IMG/VR virus record: IMGVR_UViG_3300033555_000001
Location: 160,001-224,000 of that record
DNA from: a virus
Lineage: Duplodnaviria; Caudoviricetes
Strand: one strand, 5' to 3'
Length of the DNA stretch: 64,000 bases
Positions 54,501-62,667 of the stretch are shown here, one piece after another. A model generated the notes under the pieces. It did not search any database, was not told where the DNA came from, and saw nothing but the letters and a program-made list of their open reading frames with translations. Position numbers and translations under genes: made by a program. Positions within the stretch are counted from its first letter, which is position 1; the number at the start of each line of letters is the position of its first letter.

Positions 54501-54929
54501 GTGCAATTACTGCAAGAACTGATGAGCCTTAAGCTTAAGATTGCTGAGCCAAAACCGCGCGATCCTAATCACAAGATTCTTGCTGATAAAAAGAACGCGG
54601 CTGGTGAGCACCGTGATAAGAAGCGCGAAGAACGCAGTGGTATCTTTAAACATAGAAAAACGCAAGAAGACTTGAGCTTAGCCGAAAAGAAACCTGAAGG
54701 CGCGCCTGATTGGCACGACTCTGATGCTCCAGATGCTAATGGCAGGTTTAGAGAGTTAAGCGTAAATGCGCTTGCTGACTGGTTGATCAAAACTAGAAAC
54801 GGTGATATGCGCCGCATTAACGGTTCGTTGCAGCAACAAATAGTTTTCAATCGTAATAAAGACCCGGCGTACGCCTCAAAAATGGAACGCACTCGTGCGG
54901 CCGTAAAGAGCAAGCTCAAAAAGGATTAA
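54501..54929 (+). CDS. Basic putative head-internal protein
   Basis: GTG start; leader MQLLQELMS; late promoter upstream. Confidence 0.55.
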   Translation: MQLLQELMSLKLKIAEPKPRDPNHKILADKKNAAGEHRDKKREERSGIFKHRKTQEDLSLAEKKPEGAPDWHDSDAPDANGRFRELSVNALADWLIKTRNGDMRRINGSLQQQIVFNRNKDPAYASKMERTRAAVKSKLKKD

Positions 54930-55219
54930 TGATGACAGCCCTAGTTCCGTCAGTTCCACTGTACACACTTCATATGTCGGAAGCCGGCCAGATCCGTGCT
55001 ATTCTGACTACTGTAAAATCAATGCTTGACAATCCTAACTTCAGGCAGAATTTGATTAACTTGAACGTGGTGCAGGCAAATATTATAGAGCTGCCATATC
55101 CAATGGATTTAATTGGCCGGTTAGAAAAGCTAAGTGAATCAATTCAAGCATTTGAGACAACCGTTTCAACAATTGAAGATGGTATTCGCGGCTCACTTAA
55201 TTACCCGGTTGTCTCGTAA
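54929..55219 (+). CDS. Hypothetical protein
   Basis: Translationally coupled ORF. Confidence 0.55.
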   Translation: MMTALVPSVPLYTLHMSEAGQIRAILTTVKSMLDNPNFRQNLINLNVVQANIIELPYPMDLIGRLEKLSESIQAFETTVSTIEDGIRGSLNYPVVS

Positions 55220-55893
55220 TGCGGTTTAAAGAATTTCTTGCTGAGATGGCTGCTCCAGCGGAGCAACATCTTTCGTCCGTATATTATCACGGCACTGATG
55301 AAGCCGGTGCACAGGGAATTATGCAGCGTGGAATTGAAGCGGGCGATATTATTTTGCCAACATCAAAAAAGTCGCGCTGCCCAAGTTTAGAACCTGTTCC
55401 CGGTAAAGTGTACATCACGCCAAAAATTGGCTATGCTCAAGTTTACGCAATCGGCGGTGACATGGCTGGTTCAAATTATCGATCAACAGCCGGTCAATCT
55501 ACGCACGGTTATGTTTTTGTAATTAAAGGCAGCCAGTTAAAAGACATACAGCCAGACGAAGATAGTATTGGTGAGATGATTTGGCGGCAATTATATGAGC
55601 CTAAGGACAACAGGTTCTTAAAAACTTATGCCTATATGGCGCAGCAAATTTTAACGCCAAAACAGTTTTTAAAATTAAAAGACGGCGAATACGTAATGTA
55701 CGCGCACGTTGGAAAGAAGCTTTTAGCTAAAATGTCTGATGCGGATAAACTAGAATTCATCAACTTAGGCGCACATATTGCGCATACTGGAAATTTGCAG
55801 CCCGATGAAACCTGGAAAATAGATTTGTCTAAAATGCGAGAAATGAAACGTGACGGCTCTAACTTTTTTGAGTTGGCAGAAAAAGTAAAATGA
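55219..55893 (+). CDS. ADP-ribosyltransferase-fold protein with capsid-targeting-like leader
   Basis: MRFKEFLAE; YYHGT; KVYIT...YAQVYA; GYVFVI. Confidence 0.65.
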   Translation: MRFKEFLAEMAAPAEQHLSSVYYHGTDEAGAQGIMQRGIEAGDIILPTSKKSRCPSLEPVPGKVYITPKIGYAQVYAIGGDMAGSNYRSTAGQSTHGYVFVIKGSQLKDIQPDEDSIGEMIWRQLYEPKDNRFLKTYAYMAQQILTPKQFLKLKDGEYVMYAHVGKKLLAKMSDADKLEFINLGAHIAHTGNLQPDETWKIDLSKMREMKRDGSNFFELAEKVK

Positions 55894-56327
55894 TTACATT
55901 TAAAGAATTTCTGGGCGAGCTCTTGAATCGCAAAGTTGAGTACACGGTAGACCGTGAATCAAACACTAGCTTTCAAACATCTGCCAATATTGGAGATCGC
56001 ACAATTAAGTTCAGTGCGTGGGTAACAGACGAGCCTGATGCGTGGGAGATCTTATTTTCAGAGCGCAACGATAAAATAAGCGGTACTTATTCGGCCACTG
56101 GCAGTGGGAATGAGCTCGAAGTATTCAGCATGGTCAAGGATTCAATTCTTGAACTAATTTCAAAGTACAGCCCTGCAAAAATTACTTTTACCGCTGACAA
56201 AGAGGGCAATAAGCGCGCCAGCGTTTATGATAAGCTTTTAAAAAGATTTAAAGTTCCTGGTTACACTCACAGCAGAGTAGATGGTTCAGGATTTGAGGAA
56301 TTTGTTATTGTGAGAAATGATGATTAA
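55890..56327 (+). CDS. Putative head-internal protein, paralog of 52980
   Basis: MITFKEFLGE; WEILF...ATGSGNELEVFSMV. Confidence 0.6.
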   Translation: MITFKEFLGELLNRKVEYTVDRESNTSFQTSANIGDRTIKFSAWVTDEPDAWEILFSERNDKISGTYSATGSGNELEVFSMVKDSILELISKYSPAKITFTADKEGNKRASVYDKLLKRFKVPGYTHSRVDGSGFEEFVIVRNDD

Positions 56328-56583
56328 AACTGTACCTTCATTCAAGGAATTTTTAATCCTTGAAGACACCGCCGTAGATACTGCGCTGCAAAATAAGTCC
56401 GAGAAGAGCGGAATTAAAAAGAGCATTTTGCGAGCAGTCTACAACCGTGGCCTGGCAGCTTTTAAATCTAGCCACAGACCTGGAACAAACTCAAGTCAGT
56501 GGGCGCACGCTCGAGTCAATAGCTTTATTGATGGCGGCCCAGCCCGTAAATCAGATCAAGATCTTTGGGATAAGCGATCATGA
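56317..56583 (+). CDS. Small basic protein with SFKEFL leader
   Basis: SGIKKSILRAVYNRGLAAF...QWAHARVNSF is a motif I recognise from phage proteins. Confidence 0.6.
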   Translation: MMIKTVPSFKEFLILEDTAVDTALQNKSEKSGIKKSILRAVYNRGLAAFKSSHRPGTNSSQWAHARVNSFIDGGPARKSDQDLWDKRS

Positions 56584-56954
56584 GCATTGCAATGGATAAC
56601 TTACTTGGACAATTACTGCTGGCACGCACCGTTGCACACGTGCTGCATTGGAAAGTAAAATCGCTGTCTCTTCACCTGGCTCTTGGCGAGCTCTATGAAC
56701 AGCTTACCGAGCTTACTGACGAACTTGCCGAAATATACATGGGCACATACGGCACAGAGGGTGGAGTACCAGTAAACGATCCTGCCGCAAATATTTTAAG
56801 CCAAGACGATCCACTGGTTTTTATAAAAGAACTTCATGATGGTTTAGCTCAAGTCAAAGACAGTTTGCCACAAGATGGTTTTATTATCAATAAGTACGAA
56901 GAAATCCAGGCTCTTGTTTCTCGCGCTAAGTTCAAAATGGAAAATTTAAAGTGA
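56580..56954 (+). CDS. Ferritin/Dps-like four-helix protein
   Basis: AHVLHW...HLALGELYE...DELAE pattern. Confidence 0.65.
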   Translation: MSIAMDNLLGQLLLARTVAHVLHWKVKSLSLHLALGELYEQLTELTDELAEIYMGTYGTEGGVPVNDPAANILSQDDPLVFIKELHDGLAQVKDSLPQDGFIINKYEEIQALVSRAKFKMENLK

Positions 56955-57565
56955 CTCCCTCAGACTTTCAGCCGCCGGTTATTCAGTTTAAAAAATTAGA
57001 CGACTTGCCGCCAGGCCGGCCAAATACTTCGGATGAAGTAATGCGCGCCATGACCGTGTTACATAAAATGTTGCACGCCCAATCAGAGGCTTATGGTGGC
57101 AAAGATTCTAAATTGCTGGCCGCTGGCATTGCCGAGGCTGCTCCAACGTTTAAAACGTTTTTGCGGTTGTGTGAAGCGCAAGAACTCTCTGATACTGAAA
57201 AAGCGCGCAGGTCGGATCTCTATGATCGCTGGAAAAAACTGATTAACATGTCACCGGGCGCCGTTGAAAAATTTAAAAAGCAGCAACTAGAAGTCGCGCG
57301 CAAAAACCCAAAATTGTATCCTGGGTTAAAACCAGCAGCAGCAAAATCAATTGGCATTTCTTCAGGCGTGCAGAGTGCAGACTGGATTATTAAAATGAAG
57401 CGCTCCCCTGTGGCGCTGTGGACGCCGGAAATGTGGAAGTGGGCTGGCAAACAAGTAAGCTTTGTTTCTAGAATGAGCGGCAACGCTGGTCCTCTTTTTG
57501 ATAAGGACGGCAATCCAACTCGCAAATTGCTATCGCTAAAAATTTGGGGCAACGACCCAACGTAA
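56951..57565 (+). CDS. DUF3140-like domain protein
   Basis: WKKLINMS and SFVSRM...LSLKIWGNDP resemble the DUF3140 C-terminal WGHDP motif. Confidence 0.45.
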   Translation: MTPSDFQPPVIQFKKLDDLPPGRPNTSDEVMRAMTVLHKMLHAQSEAYGGKDSKLLAAGIAEAAPTFKTFLRLCEAQELSDTEKARRSDLYDRWKKLINMSPGAVEKFKKQQLEVARKNPKLYPGLKPAAAKSIGISSGVQSADWIIKMKRSPVALWTPEMWKWAGKQVSFVSRMSGNAGPLFDKDGNPTRKLLSLKIWGNDPT

Positions 57566-57595
57566 GCACTGCCGGCCGGCAAAACTAAATACAGG

Positions 57596-58177
57596 ATGCA
57601 CACACATCCTGTAATAGTATATCTGCACGGGCTTAACTCTACCCGTCATTCCTTTGCATACCTGGGCCACAAGCTTGGGCACTGCGACATTAAACTAATC
57701 GATTATGATTCTCACCAACCACTGCACATGTCTATTGCGCAAGTTGCAAGACAGTTGCCGCCTGGTCGTGAACTTATTTTAATCGGGCACTCGCTGGGTG
57801 GGGTGATTGCGATGAATCTTGCGCTTGACATGCCCGAAATTGTTAGAGTTATTACTATTTCTGCACCGTTAGGTGGCTCAAGAGCGGCAACATTCTTACG
57901 CTGGTTTAGTTCAATGATGGTGGTTGGAGATATTACTCCTACTTCGCGCGCAATTACCAGAATTCAGTCTTCACTGCCCTGCCCAGTGCTTTCAATTATT
58001 TCTACTGGTGGGCACTTGCCAACATCACAAGAACAAAACGACAGCGTAGTTACTCTTAACTCGCAGCGCGCCCTTAAAGACGCGGCAAAAATTGAAATAC
58101 GCGCTAACCACTTTGAAATTCTAATGCACGACGCCACCGCTGATGCTATTTTAGCGTTTGTGCAGGAGTGCTGCTAG
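57596..58177 (+). CDS. Alpha/beta hydrolase
   Basis: YLHGLNS; nucleophile elbow GHSLGG; NDSVV; NHF. Confidence 0.85.
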   Translation: MHTHPVIVYLHGLNSTRHSFAYLGHKLGHCDIKLIDYDSHQPLHMSIAQVARQLPPGRELILIGHSLGGVIAMNLALDMPEIVRVITISAPLGGSRAATFLRWFSSMMVVGDITPTSRAITRIQSSLPCPVLSIISTGGHLPTSQEQNDSVVTLNSQRALKDAAKIEIRANHFEILMHDATADAILAFVQECC

Positions 58178-59712
58178 TGGCTAAAAACCCCAATTTAAAG
58201 CGCGCGCACGAAACAAGTGAGTTTACGCCTGAGATGGTTGTTGAATTACAGAAATGTAAAGCTGATCCAATTTACTTTATGGAGACGTATGTAAAAGTTT
58301 CTCACCCTACAAAGGGTGCAGTGCCTTTTATTTTGTACAGTTACCAAAAAGAAATGGTAATGGCAATTCACGACAATAAAGATACGGTGTTGTTGTGTTC
58401 GCGACAAATGGGAAAGACCACAGTTGCAGCTATGTACATCCTGTGGTTTGCAACGTTCTACGCTACAAAGCGCTGTGTGATTGCATCAAAAGCCATGAAC
58501 CACGCCGTGGAAATTCAATCACGTATTAAGTTCGCGTACGAAGAACTGCCGCAGTGGTTAAAGGCTGGCTGCACATTCTACAATCGCACATCAATTGAAT
58601 TTGATAACAAGTCCGTAATTATCTGCGAAGCCACGTCTGAAAAAACCGGCCGTGGTGGCTCACCATCTATCTTGTTTATTGACGAGATCGCCTTTATTTC
58701 AAAGCGCATTCAAGATGAGATGTGGGCGTCTATTGCGCCCTCGCTGTCTACTGGCGGTAAGTTAATTATGACGAGCACGCCAAACGGTGACTCAGACTTG
58801 TTTGCACAGCTGTGGCGAGACGCGTTAAGTGGCGTAAACAGCTTTAAGGCCGTGCAGTACCTGTGGTGGATGCACCCTGACCGTGATCAGGCGTACTATG
58901 ATGAGATGAAGGGTAAGTTAGGCGCGGTAAAAACGCTCCAAGAATTAGACTGTCAATTTTTGTCCAGCGATGCGTTATTGATTAATTCTATTAAACTGAA
59001 CTCAATGCGTTGGAAGGCTCCACTCTGGGAATCTTTAGGCTTTAAGTTCTGGGTACCAGAAGAATCATTGGGCGGTCGCGATAAAATTTACTTGGTTAGC
59101 ATGGATCCCGCTACCGGCGGAGGTGCGGACTTTACGACAATTGAAGTATTTGAATTTCCAAGCATGAACCAAGTTGCGGAGTATCGAACAAATGACGTTA
59201 ACATCCCGCTTACGTACGGTAAACTTTGTTGGCTGCTTAAAAAGCTAACCGAGCAAACTAACGGCGGACGTGCTGAGGTACTGTGGACTTTTGAGCGTAA
59301 TGGTATTGGTGAAGCCGTATCAGCGCTGTACTACAACGATGAACATCAAATTGAAGAAGCTGAGCTGATAAGCGATCATCCAACTAAATTTGGAGTGTTT
59401 ACGAGCGGCCGCCAAAAAGTGCTCTCAGCACTACAGCTTAAAACAATGGTTGAAAAAGTAAGCGAGGGTGGACTGCAAATTAATAGCGAAGTGCTGATTC
59501 ATGAGCTGAAGCACTATATTTCTAAGGGTGGTGGGTACGCCGCAAAGACTGGTTATACTGATGACTGCGTCGCCGCAACTCTTGGAATCATGAGACTCTT
59601 GAAGCGGCTGTCTGAGTACAACGAAGATGCTTTTGACCGCGTAAACGAATACGTGGATCCCGAAGCTTCTATGGATGATTCCGACGACCCCATGCCCATG
59701 GCGTTTTTGTAG
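58177..59712 (+). CDS. Terminase large subunit (gp17-like)
   Basis: SRQMGKTT, FIDEIAF, TSTPNG, DPATG and DDCV motifs; GTG start 8 nt after AGGAG. Confidence 0.97.
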   Translation: MAKNPNLKRAHETSEFTPEMVVELQKCKADPIYFMETYVKVSHPTKGAVPFILYSYQKEMVMAIHDNKDTVLLCSRQMGKTTVAAMYILWFATFYATKRCVIASKAMNHAVEIQSRIKFAYEELPQWLKAGCTFYNRTSIEFDNKSVIICEATSEKTGRGGSPSILFIDEIAFISKRIQDEMWASIAPSLSTGGKLIMTSTPNGDSDLFAQLWRDALSGVNSFKAVQYLWWMHPDRDQAYYDEMKGKLGAVKTLQELDCQFLSSDALLINSIKLNSMRWKAPLWESLGFKFWVPEESLGGRDKIYLVSMDPATGGGADFTTIEVFEFPSMNQVAEYRTNDVNIPLTYGKLCWLLKKLTEQTNGGRAEVLWTFERNGIGEAVSALYYNDEHQIEEAELISDHPTKFGVFTSGRQKVLSALQLKTMVEKVSEGGLQINSEVLIHELKHYISKGGGYAAKTGYTDDCVAATLGIMRLLKRLSEYNEDAFDRVNEYVDPEASMDDSDDPMPMAFL

Positions 59713-59762
59713 ATCCCAAAGCCTTTTATTAGCTGTCGGGTGTGTTGGTTTACTATAACAAC

Positions 59763-60035
59763 ATGAACACACCTGATCTAATCAATGCGGGCTTTGAAGC
59801 TTTTGCTTCTCTCTTTATCATGAACCACGCCCGAGTCATATGGATAACTCGGCAAGCACGTGGAGTATCTTTACTATCAGCGGCCTTTTTTGTACTGTGG
59901 GGATTTTGGAACATCTGGTATTATCCTCACCTGGGTCAAATCTTTAGCTTCTACGCCGGCCTTGCCATCATGGCTGCAAACTTCTTCTGGATCTTTACTA
60001 TTTGCTATGTAAGAAGTAAAGAGGATTCTCGTTGA
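59763..60035 (+). CDS. Small 3-TM membrane protein (PQ-loop-like)
   Basis: Three hydrophobic helices. Confidence 0.55.
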   Translation: MNTPDLINAGFEAFASLFIMNHARVIWITRQARGVSLLSAAFFVLWGFWNIWYYPHLGQIFSFYAGLAIMAANFFWIFTICYVRSKEDSR

Positions 60036-60274
60036 GCACAGTCGTTTTCTATCTTGACCAGTGCGGTAATGCCCAAGCGGAACATTTTACGGATCTTGGA
60101 CTTGCTCTTGCACGCACCGAAGAACTTCGTAACACCGCACAAATAACGCACACTACTATCTCTTCAGAGCTCCCTGAGAGCGTGGGCCGACGCGGAGTAA
60201 GCGCGGTTGAAGGTGGTAAAACTCCTGATGGCTCAGACTATACCTGGTCAAAAGCACACCGTGGTCGCCGCTGA
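60032..60274 (+). CDS. Hypothetical protein
   Basis: TTG start overlapping the upstream stop. Confidence 0.5.
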   Translation: MSTVVFYLDQCGNAQAEHFTDLGLALARTEELRNTAQITHTTISSELPESVGRRGVSAVEGGKTPDGSDYTWSKAHRGRR

Positions 60275-60367
60275 CGTTACAAATTCAAAAAACACCGTTA
60301 CACTCTTTTTGCACACGTTCGGGATCGTTATGATATTATGACTCTATCGACAAAACGTGAGGTTAAT

Positions 60368-60799
60368 ATGATTTACGTCTTCTTTAAAAACAGCCTTCCA
60401 GTACATTTTGCCGAAACTGAAAAAATAACAGATCACAGCATTGAGTTCGACCAAGTAGAGAGTCGTTGGGACTGGAACAGCTTTGAGCGAGTTACTGAAC
60501 TGGCACTTCGCCTGACAGTGCTCTCTGGTAAAACTTTTCTACCAATAGACAGCTCCCCTAATGTTTCCCCACGGTTTGATATTATCCTTGCTCCGGTTGT
60601 TGGAGATGAAATCTCATACGGTTTTAACGGTGATTACTATCCATGCGGAAAGATTGCTCGTATTACTAAAAACTTTATGGTTGTTTCCAGCACCGGCGAA
60701 AAGTTTAATCGCAATAAAAAATCCGGTTCATGGGGTATGGTTGGTGGTACTTGGAGCATGGTACGCGGCCACATCAGCAAACGCAATCAAGAATTTTAA
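60368..60799 (+). CDS. Hypothetical protein
   Basis: GAGG Shine-Dalgarno before ATG 60368. Confidence 0.6.
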   Translation: MIYVFFKNSLPVHFAETEKITDHSIEFDQVESRWDWNSFERVTELALRLTVLSGKTFLPIDSSPNVSPRFDIILAPVVGDEISYGFNGDYYPCGKIARITKNFMVVSSTGEKFNRNKKSGSWGMVGGTWSMVRGHISKRNQEF

Positions 60800-60931
60800 C
60801 ATTGGGAAATAAAAATGCTGCTCCTCGCAAAACTTGTTATAATATGGATGATAGCTTTCGCACCAATTTTAGTCTTTATGTACTGTGCTCAAAAAGTAAG
60901 CACCTAATTTTAAAAACTCTAGGGAACCCAA

Positions 60932-61213
60932 ATGAAATTTCAATTTGCTCAAAGCCAACGCGAAATCACAGCCACAAAGGTTTCCCGCTTTAAAGTTATC
61001 CAAGACAACCGCAGCAAAGAAGTAGTTACCATAGAATACGAAACTAAAAACGGCGACCGCGAAATGTCGTTTTTGAATGGTATTGAGGCTACACTCAACA
61101 ATGCCGGCCGGTACGTTCAAGCGCAATCTAAACGCGACATGTGCGCTCGCATTTTGCCAGAGCCAGAGCCAGAAGTTACTGACGTGACTCAAGTTAATAC
61201 AGAAACTAACTAG
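60932..61213 (+). CDS. Hypothetical protein
   Basis: ORF with GGGA Shine-Dalgarno. Confidence 0.55.
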   Translation: MKFQFAQSQREITATKVSRFKVIQDNRSKEVVTIEYETKNGDREMSFLNGIEATLNNAGRYVQAQSKRDMCARILPEPEPEVTDVTQVNTETN

Positions 61214-61221
61214 AGGTTAAG

Positions 61222-62295
61222 ATGACAACGGTATTTTTAAAGAACGGTTTGTCGTACATGCCAACGGCGGCAGCGGCACTTGATCTGCACGACACCTTGC
61301 CAGCCGGAAACTATATTGTCAAGCAGCACCCACAAACCGGTGCGCTGTTCTTTGAAAGCATTGAATCATTTCCGCCGTCAGGCAAGACTTATGGTCTTAC
61401 CACCCGTCATGCCGAGCGAATCATGAGCACTTTTCACAGTAGACCTGCAAGCACTGGTGTGCTGCTAAACGGTGAAAAGGGTTCTGGAAAAACTTTGCTG
61501 GCAAAAGTACTGGCACACAACGCCGCCGCGCTTGGGTACCCGACAATTGTTATTAATTCGCCACTGCACGGTGATGCGTTCAACAATCTTATTCAGGGGT
61601 TACAACAGCCTGCAATTGTGTTGTTTGATGAGTTTGAAAAGGTGTACAAGCGCGAGGAGCAGGAATCAATTCTTACGCTGTTAGATGGGGTGTTCCCGTC
61701 TAAAAAACTTTTTATCCTGACATGCAATGACAAGTACCGCGTTGACGAGCACATGCGCAATCGTCCAGGCAGAATTTTTTACCTGATTGATTTTGCTGGA
61801 CTTGATGTTCAGTTTATTACCGAGTACTGTGAAGACAATTTAAAAAACACAACGCACATCCCAGCTATTTGTAAACTGTCTCAGCTCTTTGACGCCTTTA
61901 ATTTTGACATACTAAAGGCTCTGGTAGAGGAAATGAACAGGTATAACGAATCGCCGCGCGATGCTCTTGAGATTTTAAACGCTACCCCTGTATCAGATAA
62001 TTCCACGTACGATCTGGCCTTGACTGTGGATGGTAAAGCAATTTTAATAGCTGACACATACCCAGAAACAATCAGTGGTTCACCACTTAATTCTGGTGAT
62101 AACCAAGGTGTACTGACGGTAAACGTTATTAGGGAAAGGGGTAACCTTGACGCTGATGATGAATATCTTTTTGAACAAAGCGATTTAAAGTCAATTGACG
62201 TACAAACCGGGTCTTTTGTTTACGAAAATAAAAAAGCTCAAGTAACTTATACTCGTAAAAAAATCAGTATGGTTGATTATAGAAAGTTTATTTAA
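61222..62295 (+). CDS. AAA+ ATPase
   Basis: GVLLNGEKGSGKT, VLFDEFEK, LLTLLDG-like ILTLLDG and RNRPGR motifs. Confidence 0.9.
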   Translation: MTTVFLKNGLSYMPTAAAALDLHDTLPAGNYIVKQHPQTGALFFESIESFPPSGKTYGLTTRHAERIMSTFHSRPASTGVLLNGEKGSGKTLLAKVLAHNAAALGYPTIVINSPLHGDAFNNLIQGLQQPAIVLFDEFEKVYKREEQESILTLLDGVFPSKKLFILTCNDKYRVDEHMRNRPGRIFYLIDFAGLDVQFITEYCEDNLKNTTHIPAICKLSQLFDAFNFDILKALVEEMNRYNESPRDALEILNATPVSDNSTYDLALTVDGKAILIADTYPETISGSPLNSGDNQGVLTVNVIRERGNLDADDEYLFEQSDLKSIDVQTGSFVYENKKAQVTYTRKKISMVDYRKFI

Positions 62296-62296
62296 A

Positions 62297-62437
62297 ATGA
62301 CGACAGTTCTTTTAATCGTGATAGTCTTACAGCTGTGCGTTACAAATTACCTGTTGCTGAACATTGCCAGAAATCAGGTACAATGTGCACGCTATGATCG
62401 TGAGCAGGCAAAATTAAAATCAGCAAGTCCTTTTTGA
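62297..62437 (+). CDS. Small hydrophobic ORF, 46 aa
   Basis: Below the ORF-track cutoff; MTTVLLIVIVLQLCVTNYLLL...; fills the intergenic gap. Confidence 0.35.
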   Translation: MTTVLLIVIVLQLCVTNYLLLNIARNQVQCARYDREQAKLKSASPF

Positions 62438-62448
62438 AAGATGCTGTC

Positions 62449-62667
62449 ATGACTGTTCAATGGCTCAGCGATTTACCGGTGAAGTGCGATACGTGTGGTG
62501 ATAAGCTCAGCACGGTATTCTACGATGGTCGTACTGCAATGGGACCCGCAGCGTGCATGTGTCTTACTTGTTTTAACTTTGGTCCAGGCCTGGGTAAATT
62601 GGGTCAAGGACACGCTCAAGAATATAAGAAACAACCAAATGGTAACTGGAATAAAACGCGAGGTTAA
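62449..62667 (+). CDS. Small zinc-finger protein
   Basis: CDTC...CMCLTCF. Confidence 0.55.
   Translation: MTVQWLSDLPVKCDTCGDKLSTVFYDGRTAMGPAACMCLTCFNFGPGLGKLGQGHAQEYKKQPNGNWNKTRG

Noticed and set aside
58177-59712. Intein or intron in the terminase, portal or gp6
   Set aside because: Terminase and portal lengths are normal with contiguous motifs; sampled gp6 segments stay in frame, and no intein or LAGLIDADG motifs were seen.
61222-62320. Similar starts ATGACAACGGTATTTTTAA and ATGACGACAGTTCTTTTAA around the AAA ATPase
   Set aside because: Too short and degenerate to call a cassette repeat.
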